Assembly (NCBI GenBank): GCA_964528465.1
Contig: CAZGSN010000667.1
Location: 1-43,581, forward strand
Direction: 5' to 3'
DNA length: 43,581 bases
From: an uncultured Candidatus Binatia bacterium
GTDB lineage: Bacteria; Desulfobacterota; Binatia; HRBIN30
The notes under the pieces were generated by a model. It had not been told where the DNA came from and searched no databases. It was given only the letters and a program-made list of their open reading frames with translations. The translations under genes were made by a program, and so were the position numbers. How positions within the stretch are numbered: position 1 is the first letter of the stretch; every line of letters starts with the position of its first letter. Below are positions 34,701 through 41,900 of this stretch, one piece after another.

Positions 34701-37700
34701 GGCGCGCACCTGCCCCGCATACGCCTCCGCCGAGGCATCCGGGGCCTCGGCCAGGCGGCGGTAGCTGCTCAAGGCCAACGAATGGTCCCCGACCAACTCT
34801 GCGGCTCGCGCCTCGTCGTAGGCGAAATCTCCGCGATAAGGGTCGAGTTCGCGCCCGCGCTTGGCAAGTTGCAAGGCAGAGCGCGCCGACATAGTGGAAG
34901 GATCTTCCCGCCACTGGGCTAGCCGTTCTTGGATCGATAAGGTCTCGGAAATCTTCTGTCCTTGCGCCGCATCGGGTAGTTGACGGGCATAGACACGCGC
35001 CCGCTCCCAATCCTGGCCAGCCAAGGCAATCTGCGCACGCATCGACAGAGCCTCGGCGTTATTCGGGTCGCGCTCGAGAACCTGCTCAATCGCAGCATCC
35101 GCCGCCTCCAGTTCCTGTGCCGAAAGATGGCGACCAGCGATGGCCAGCAAGAGGTTCGTATTACCACGCAGCGCCTCGGGATTACTTGGGTACTCGTCGA
35201 GAACCGAGTCGTACAGTGCCCGCGCCTGTTCGAGATCTCCATTCGAAAAATAGGCACCGGCAAGCGCATTGGTGACGAATGCATCATGCGGCCGGCGAGC
35301 CCGGGCAGCCTCATACGCGGCAATGGCGAGGCCGTACTCCTGTTGCTGCGAGTACAATCCGCCCAGGGCCAACTGTGCGTTGACGTTCTCTGGATCTTGA
35401 TCGAGGGCCTGGTGCACGAGGTGGATGGCCTCGTCGAGTTTCCCCGCCCGTTGCAGCGCCGCCGCTTCGGCCAAGGTGTAGCCGACATCGCGCGCACGGC
35501 CTGGCTCGGCAGGAAGCTCGGGGGCTGGTGGCGACGACTCAACCACAACCGCGGGGGGAGCCTTCTCCTTGGGCACAGACTTCCCCGCTTTTTGCTTACG
35601 GCCTTTGCTCGGCTTCTCGGTGACATCGACGACCTTGGCAACCTCGATGGCCGCCTCGCTAGGCGCGTTTGCCATCGCCGTTGGTCCTTCGCGTAGCTTG
35701 CGATAGGCGCTCAGAGCGCGATCGCTTTCTCCCAAGCGCTCGAGGGCCTGGGCACGCACCAGCATCAGATCGTCGCGGCGCGGGGCAACGCTGAGACCAC
35801 GTTCCGCTAGCGACAGCACCTCGCGAGGGTTGGCGTTGTCCGGATCATTGCGCCACGGTTGCAATTGTCGCTCGACATCGACGAGCTGACGCAAGCGATT
35901 CTTTTCGTCGCCGTTGGGCAAGCGTTCGAGCGCAAGTTGCGCCGATTCGTAATCGCCCGAGGTCATGCTCATTTCGATCAAGCCCTTTACCGACTGAGCG
36001 CTCCCCCCTTTCACCTGCAGAGCTTGAGCAACGTAACGCCGCGTAGCGTCCTGCTCACCCCGGCCGAGAGCATCGGATGCCATGGTGGCAAGCACGTCGA
36101 CTTGCCCATTGGCAGCGTCCACATCGTCGGGGTCGGCTTTGCCGGCCGCTTGAAAGGCATGCAAGGCATCAGGGAGTTGGCGTGCGGCGAAATAAGAACC
36201 GGCCAAGCCGTTCCACAGTTTGGCATCGTTGGGGGCCAGCTTGAGTGCGTTGCGATACGAGTCTACCGATTCCTTGTAGTTGCCGGCGCGCTTGTGCTCC
36301 TCGGCTTCGACCGACAGCAAGGCCACGCGCACAGCGTTCTCTTCTCCTGGGAACAAGCGCTGAAATTCTTCGAAGCCGGCGCGCGCATTCTTCTCGTCGC
36401 CTTGGGCAATATAGACCCGCACGGGACCAAGATACGCTTCCCGGAGGTCGGGCTGCTGCGAACGTAGGGCCATGTAGAGAGGCAACGCCTCGTTGCCTCG
36501 GCCACTCCGTTCCAACAACTGCGCCAGGCGCAGGCGGTAATCGACGCGTTCCGGAGCTTGGGCAACGGCTTTGCGCAGCAAGGCTTCGCTGCTTTCGTCA
36601 CTAGCGCGTTCGATCTTGGTTTCGAGCTGCTGCGACTTGCGCTGCTGGGCGATTTCCTTGCGCAGGCGGTCGTAGTCGCGGCGGGCTCGTCGTTTTAGGC
36701 TCGGCAGTAACGACTCGGCGCGGCTGTATTCGCCACGTGCGGCATAAACCGCGGCCAAGCCTTTGGTTGCCTCCAGGTGCTGCGGTTTGAGTTTGAGAGC
36801 AGCCTGGTAGTCTTGCTCCGCCGCCTCCGGGTTACCTTGGGCAAAAGCAATACCGCCGCGTAGAGCCAACAGGTCGGCACGTTGGTCGACGAGTGTACCC
36901 GCCTGCTCGAGGGTGGCTGCGGCTGCGTCTAAATTCCCCGCCTTCATTTGCGCCGAAGCCAACGCCGCTACCGCGGCGGCCGTCTTGTTGGCCGACGCAT
37001 CCAACGTAACCGGCGCAGGCTTGGGTGCGATAAGCTTGGGGAGATTTTCCGGCACAACGACTGGAGCCGCGGGCTGCAACGGCAAAGGGGAAACGGCTAC
37101 TGCCGCGGCCTTCTTGCCTGCTTGTCCTTGTTTCTTGACCAGGGACCCCTGGATATCGGCATACTCCTTCGCCAAAGCTGGGTCAGAGCTCAGCTCCAAG
37201 GCACGCTCATATTCTGGGAGCGCTGCCTCGCGGCGGCCACGATTCACTTCGAGGCGAGCAATCGTCACGGCTAGGTCCGGACGCCGCACCGACATCTCGC
37301 GCAATCGCTGAATGACCCGATCTACATCGTCGTAGTTGCGGGTCATGTTGGCTGTGCGTCCAAGCCCAGCCAGAGCATCGGCATCGTCGGGATGCGCCTC
37401 GACGTAGCTCTTGAAATGGCCATAGGCAGCAGCGTGCTTGCCGCCGGCTTCTTCGGCCAAGGCGACAAGCTTTAGATCTTCGCCTTGCAGCGCCACACCA
37501 CCAGCCAGGGCTCGTGCAAAGTGATCCTGTGCTTCCTTGGACTGACCGTTCCAGGCAAGGGAGCGTGCATACAGCAGGCGCCGATCGGCGTCTTGGGGGC
37601 GTGCTTGTACGATTTCCGCCAGTTGCGGGATGGCTTCGCGAATACGGCTTTGGCTGATGAGCAGGTCTGCCAACTGACTACGTCGCGCCACGTCATCCGG

Positions 37701-38126
37701 CCGCTGCTCCAAGTAAGCCTTCAGGATTTCGGTGGCACGCGGCCACCCTTCTTTGGATTGCGAGAGTAGGTCGACGAGGCGCCGCTGGGCGTGAACATCC
37801 GGTTGGCGTTTGAGAGCGGCCTCGAACGCAGCGACTGCCCGTTCGCGCTCGCCCAACTGCATGTATGCTTCGCCGAGGCCGCTGTAAGACGAGGCCGGTG
37901 CGTTGGGTTGAAGCGTGAGTTTTTCGTAGGCATCGCGCGCTTCGCGCCATCTACCTGACTGCAAGTAGAAACGTGCTACGGCCGCCTCGTCTTCAGCGCG
38001 TGATGTCGCCTGCGCCGACGCAGCGTACGTCCACAGTGGGGAGCAAACCAGCGCTAGGGAAAGGGAGAGAGCCTTGATGGCGCGCATGCGACTATCCATC
38101 CGTTCGAAAATTGAACTCACCGCCAT
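31776..38126 (-). CDS. Giant (~2116 aa) TPR-repeat protein with C-terminal BcsC-like outer-membrane beta-barrel (exopolysaccharide-export-porin-like)
   Basis: Signal peptide MAVSSIFERMDSRMRAIKALSLSLALVCSPLWTYAASAQA. ATG 38126 is preceded by aatGGAGGgaggtg (SD, 6-nt spacer). TPR-like helical repeats span about nt 33560-38040. A Pro/Ala/Arg-rich linker spans about 32820-33560. The C-terminal ~347 aa has alternating beta-strand patterning, the motif GGGYFSPDAF (nt 32073-32093; compare BcsC GGYFSPQ) and a terminal ...LVNLVFPLAF, an aromatic OMP C-terminus. Confidence 0.8.
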   Translation of the reverse strand: MAVSSIFERMDSRMRAIKALSLSLALVCSPLWTYAASAQATSRAEDEAAVARFYLQSGRWREARDAYEKLTLQPNAPASSYSGLGEAYMQLGERERAVAAFEAALKRQPDVHAQRRLVDLLSQSKEGWPRATEILKAYLEQRPDDVARRSQLADLLISQSRIREAIPQLAEIVQARPQDADRRLLYARSLAWNGQSKEAQDHFARALAGGVALQGEDLKLVALAEEAGGKHAAAYGHFKSYVEAHPDDADALAGLGRTANMTRNYDDVDRVIQRLREMSVRRPDLAVTIARLEVNRGRREAALPEYERALELSSDPALAKEYADIQGSLVKKQGQAGKKAAAVAVSPLPLQPAAPVVVPENLPKLIAPKPAPVTLDASANKTAAAVAALASAQMKAGNLDAAAATLEQAGTLVDQRADLLALRGGIAFAQGNPEAAEQDYQAALKLKPQHLEATKGLAAVYAARGEYSRAESLLPSLKRRARRDYDRLRKEIAQQRKSQQLETKIERASDESSEALLRKAVAQAPERVDYRLRLAQLLERSGRGNEALPLYMALRSQQPDLREAYLGPVRVYIAQGDEKNARAGFEEFQRLFPGEENAVRVALLSVEAEEHKRAGNYKESVDSYRNALKLAPNDAKLWNGLAGSYFAARQLPDALHAFQAAGKADPDDVDAANGQVDVLATMASDALGRGEQDATRRYVAQALQVKGGSAQSVKGLIEMSMTSGDYESAQLALERLPNGDEKNRLRQLVDVERQLQPWRNDPDNANPREVLSLAERGLSVAPRRDDLMLVRAQALERLGESDRALSAYRKLREGPTAMANAPSEAAIEVAKVVDVTEKPSKGRKQKAGKSVPKEKAPPAVVVESSPPAPELPAEPGRARDVGYTLAEAAALQRAGKLDEAIHLVHQALDQDPENVNAQLALGGLYSQQQEYGLAIAAYEAARARRPHDAFVTNALAGAYFSNGDLEQARALYDSVLDEYPSNPEALRGNTNLLLAIAGRHLSAQELEAADAAIEQVLERDPNNAEALSMRAQIALAGQDWERARVYARQLPDAAQGQKISETLSIQERLAQWREDPSTMSARSALQLAKRGRELDPYRGDFAYDEARAAELVGDHSLALSSYRRLAEAPDASAEAYAGQVRALTAMKRYSEAEQALTAYSAAHPEAANRERANLRRAQAGALLDSGRTNEAFFAAREALALDPEDADSLKVIAGVYSKQGQFQDAIDTHRAVLAANPDDPGSLQGIAGAYEGVGDWQAAEATYRRLDTIPGYEVSAETWNRIAFHRDMEYARQLIEAGRFADARDLMEQLRERNPRDPDVWAGLSEVTLETGADTLALTYAEQGLALNRSSARLQAARIRALSKLGRYADARQAIANDQRTLGAQTAAELARDVRRAQDRIDRERLTREGRLDQVYLLLAQDYRSDPNDVDTLKSIGFLYLQTKQYVEAEQFFSRAQALAPEDGDVRLGLAYALRGSGNTREALDILEDQYEASKDPELGLALAEMYHDMGRDGDASAILEEAGSRGGVGVYGLPPQPGSGYASSGAVVDSILPPLKLPQGTLRAKPAPVDALPPRRWQGSRATARLTSQPLAAAATDSMNDAAPAAAAMFSGGAVEALRAWAAHRERDVAEAQIAEDLPSFERIMRDVRAKGRSGKATAVPTRVPTPRGWQEPRIETTPVPRLATPARRQARSQVPAPVVYEDSLPPVRLEWERRHDPSTQGVPRYSDLSAIQYETIPEEVEAPPVKALSPEARLRAERLARDLARKQAVKVGLGFRYDFLSAVADWRADQFAIYRFPMFVDLPAALNTRFRLTAEPTLVDNGDKRDAGVSGMATLNGLALGTDAIVLSGGVGGTPWGFPRRPYLTGFAQLDLKPAPWLTLTPFYERQPVMESMLSFRGQKLVSGNSDTFIGKVIQDRFGGRIGFTTPALIDGVLELAYSTLQGIRIPDNEKFDGFLGVGRTFELRNYDNQIRPGVELAFFHYDKDLSEPVRGSSSSDADLIAAVNERRTGGGYFSPDAFVQALLRLDFTGPFFPDTLDDATFLVTGKVGGQWISGVDSDFFEDAEGSRIAGGIEGTLNFPIEEIAVLTTSAGGFWADPYNRHFFLVNLVFPLAF

Positions 38127-38138
38127 CACCTCCCTCCA

Positions 38139-38156
38139 TTCGTCTACGTAGACGAA
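38139..38156. promoter_or_regulatory. Perfect 18-bp palindrome TTCGTCTACGTAGACGAA immediately 5' of the TPR/BcsC-like gene SD
   Basis: Verified base by base as self-complementary. It sits in the 66-nt spacer between the lipoprotein stop (38193-38195) and ATG 38126. A neighbouring imperfect GC-rich hairpin lies at about 38161-38195. Confidence 0.45.
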
Positions 38157-38192
38157 CAGCAGGCACGGGCACTGCCGCCCCTGCGTGCCCTG

Positions 38193-38657
38193 CTACTGGT
38201 CCAGGTTCGGGACACTCACGCTCAGGCTGGCGAGATCCGCAAACGCGGACTGGCGCGCGCGTGACGTACCGTCCACCTTGATTTCGATCACAAGCTGCTT
38301 GCGACCCGGCTCGGTGAGATTGGCCGAGACCGTAAAGAAGCCACGTGCGTTGGTATACGGAATCGTCGCGGGGATAGTACCATCAATGGTCTGGTTCGAC
38401 GTCGCATCGCCCATCTGGCCGCGAAAGGCTGCCCCGAGGGTACCTTCAATAGACACAACCACCTGATGATTGGTGCTACGCGTCGGCGTTGGGTTCTGGT
38501 TGGGCGGCGTTACGCTAGGTGTGGGAGAGACGGTGAAGGGTGGCGTTGGAGTGGGCGGATTATAGCCGTCGTCGTCATCCTCATCCGGCCCACAGCCCGG
38601 CATGAACGCACCGAAGATCAAGAGAATTAAGGAGAGATACAGCCTCATCATCCACAC
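38193..38657 (-). CDS. Small lipoprotein with acidic and Pro/Thr-rich linker and ~95-aa beta-rich domain
   Basis: MWMMRLYLSLILLIFGAFMPGCGPDEDDDDGYNPPTPTPPFTVSPTPSVTPP has a signal peptide and a lipobox-like FMPGC (Cys22). Alternative ATG starts are at 38651 and 38648. It lies directly upstream of, and co-oriented with, the TPR/BcsC-like gene. Confidence 0.7.
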   Translation of the reverse strand: MWMMRLYLSLILLIFGAFMPGCGPDEDDDDGYNPPTPTPPFTVSPTPSVTPPNQNPTPTRSTNHQVVVSIEGTLGAAFRGQMGDATSNQTIDGTIPATIPYTNARGFFTVSANLTEPGRKQLVIEIKVDGTSRARQSAFADLASLSVSVPNLDQ

Positions 38658-38965
38658 ACCCCACAGCCCAAGCTGTGTTCCGCACGACGTTTTAGCAGCA
38701 CGAATCCGTCAACCGCCGCCACTCAATATCATTAGACCAAATGAGTCAAGCGCGTTGGCGCTCCTACGTGCCATGGGGTGTGCGGCAAATTTGTTGGGAG
38801 GCAAGCTTCCACCATCCACGCGCTCACGCGCGCGGCTACACGGAGCCGGCGAAGACACAGTAGCCGCGGCCGTCGGGCGGTGGATCTCGCATGGAAGCCA
38901 ACAAATAGGACGCACACCCCCGCATAGCGCGCCGAATCCGCGATTCTTGTCGCGTCGCAGGAATT

Positions 38966-41900
38966 GTGCGATGGCCGTGCACCCCGATGTCGTATCCCTG
39001 CTCTCTTATCCGCGACTGCGTTGAGGTGCGACGGCACCCTACGGTGGTCCGCCTAAGTGATCTCGAGAGCGAGAGTTCGCATTGGCTCGGGGAAACCTTC
39101 GTTCTCACCAAAGAGGTGCAAGCGCACCTCGCCGCCCTACAGCATTGCCTCCGTCAACCTCATGGCAGTGGCGTGTTCCTCATCGGCCACTACGGCTCGG
39201 GGAAATCGCACCTGCTGGCTTATCTGGCCTTGCAACTACGTGGGCAATGGGTGCCGGAACCGCCACACGTGGTTCCTATCTCTCTGGTGAATTTTGGTTC
39301 GACCAACCGCCTCGAGGACATTGTTGCCGGTGCCCTCGGCGTTGCTGTCGGCGGTGGCGACAGACGGCCGGCTTGGGAGGCCATCCTGGCGCAACACGCA
39401 CGTGGCCTCGTGCTCCTCTTCGACGAACTCTCGGAATTCCTGCGCGCCAAGCCGGATGCGCGAGGATTGAGCGAGGATGTTCGCTTCCTGCAGTTCCTTG
39501 GCGAGTATGCGCAAGATCATCGCTTGTGGATCGTGGCCGCCATGCAGGAAGAGATCGAGCACACCGGCGCCCTCGACTTTGAACTCTACCGCAAGATCAA
39601 GGACCGCTACCCGCTTCGCCTCTTGCTCACACCAGCCCACGTGCAAGCCCTGGTCGCCGACAGCATTTTGATCAAGAAGCCTGTGTATGCCGGGGCGGTG
39701 CAGGAGCTGTGTCGCGACCTGAAGCCCCTGGCTTCCGAAACCAGCATGGATTTCGAAACCCTGCAGCGCGTCTATCCGCTGCACCCGGCGACACTGAACA
39801 TGCTGGAGGAGATCCGCGATCGCTTTTCCCAGGCCCGCGGGGTGATCGATTTTACAGTCACCCGCCTGCTCGGGGATCCTGCCCGCGGCGTCGATGCCTT
39901 CCTCGATCAACCCTTTGGAAGCCTGCTCACACCAGACACCATCGTCGATCACTTCCAAGACCTGTTCGAAGTGCAGCCGGAGTTCCTACCGCTCGCGCAG
40001 CAGCTCCTGCCCTGGTACGCCAATCATCTCGACGAGCTCTTCGATCGTCCCGCCCTGCGCGACTTGGCCCGCCGTATCCTAAAGCTACTTCTCTTGGTGC
40101 ATCTGTCGCCGGCTCGCGAAGCGCTGCGCCCCAACGAAGCCTTGGGTTGGTTGATGCTGATGGCAACGCGTCTGGAACCGAGCCGCAATCGCGCCGTGAT
40201 CGAGCGCGTGCTGACGACGCTGGCAGATCGCGGGCGCTATGTGGTTCGCCAGGGCGACGGCTACCGTCTCGATTTGCGCGACGACAGCGCCGCAACTCTG
40301 GAGCGCTTGCTAGCACGGGAGGTTGCTGCTCTCGAAGGCCAGGGCACGCTCGTGCTCGAGCGCTTGGTTCCCTTGCTGCCGGCCACTGCCTTCAACCCCT
40401 TTCACGGCACACGCAACCGCTGGCAGCATCGCCGCGTCACCTGGTACTTCCACGAACGCCGCTTTGCGCTTTGGGTCGGTGACGAGAACCCGGAAGTGCC
40501 GCGGGATCAACTGGGAATTTGCTTGCGCCTGCCGTGGGGCAACCGCGACCCCGCTCCCGGTTGCTTCACTGTCTTACCTGCCGCCATGGAAGTCACGCCG
40601 GCACTGGTCGAGCTGGCCGCCCTGCAGTATTTGCGCGAACAACCGGCAAGCCCCGAACTCGCACGCCGTGTCGCCCAGCGCCTCGACAGCCGCCGCACGC
40701 TGTGGGAGCAGGCAGTGCGTACGGCTTGGCAATCGGCACAACTACTCACACCCGATGCCGCCAGCGAACCGGCACCACGACTCGATCCACAAAGCGGATT
40801 CGAAGCCTGGCTCGATCAGGTGGCACTCACGGCACTGCGCCGCACCTACCCGGCCTTTGAACGCTTCGCACCGCAGCATGGTCCGCTGCCCAAAGAAGCG
40901 TGGCTGCGCTTCCTGCGCTTCGCGGTGAAGGAGGACCTTGGCTCGCCGCTTGCCGACGAGTACGTGCGCTTGATTCGCGAAGCCTACCTGGTGCCGATGG
41001 GCCTGCTGCGCCGCAAGGGACAAGAGTACACCACACCCGCCAATCTCGATCGCCATGAGCTGGTGACGCTGCTGGCGCCGCTCCTGCAACGTGAAGCCAA
41101 CCCACGCAGCGTGCACGAGCACCTGTCTGCGCCCATCTATGGCTTGGTGCCAGATCAGATCAATTTGCTGTTAGTGTTCCTGCTCCTGCAGGGCGAGATC
41201 GACATTCTCAAGGATCGGCGTTCGTACAGAGAGACCTTCGAGCTGCTGCCCAACCCGCTTCAGTACGATCGCATCGTCGCCGGCACGGCACTCAGCAGCG
41301 AGGCGCTGCGCGATCTCGAGCACCTATGCCGCGGCCTAGGTTTGGCTGTGCCATCGCAATGGAGCGCGCTGACGCAACGGCGCACGGCGCACCAGTTGAA
41401 GGAGTTGGGACGCCGTGAGACCGAGCACCAGTTGCCCTTGCTCCGACAACTCGTCGACAGCGAGCACACGGCACTGGCCAAGCGCCTGCAGGCACACATC
41501 GACATGTGGGCGAGCCTCGAGGCGGGTAAGGATGCGCTGCACGGCTTGCAACAGTTCCTGTTCAACATCGGCACCGCTTCGGCGTTCCTGGCCGATCGTG
41601 AGGCGCTACGCGAGCTGCCTGAGCGTATTCCCCGCTTGCTTGCGCAAGCGCAGCGCCTGACCCACGTGCTCCAGCATCCCATCGTGCGCCGACTACAGCC
41701 AGTCGACTCCCAGGCGCTCGGCGCGAGCCCAGGGCTCGACGATCTGCCGGGCTTCGAACGCTGGCTGCAACGTGCGGATCGCTTGTACGAAGCGCACAAA
41801 GCCTCGTATCGCGAACGGCACGAAGCTTGGTGGAACTCGGTTCCGAAATCCGAGCCATGGCAGTGCCCGCCGTTAGCGCGCAGCCGGCACCTCGATCTCA

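Noticed and set aside
31815-36604. Numerous 100-300-aa ORFs on both strands inside the TPR/BcsC-like gene (for example 32376..33272, 33464..34147, 34919..35641, 34980..35696, 35859..36467)
   Set aside because: These are shadow ORFs in a GC-rich, Ala/Arg/Leu-codon-rich gene. None shows motifs, and all are nested within the 6.3-kb frame that has consistent TPR periodicity.
38658-38965. Search for sigma70-type promoters or shared operator in the divergent region between the lipoprotein gene and the ATPase-PglZ gene
   Set aside because: I saw only a 6-bp hairpin (cacagc-ccaa-gctgtg) and no convincing -35/-10 pair or palindrome. Nothing here can be supported by eye.
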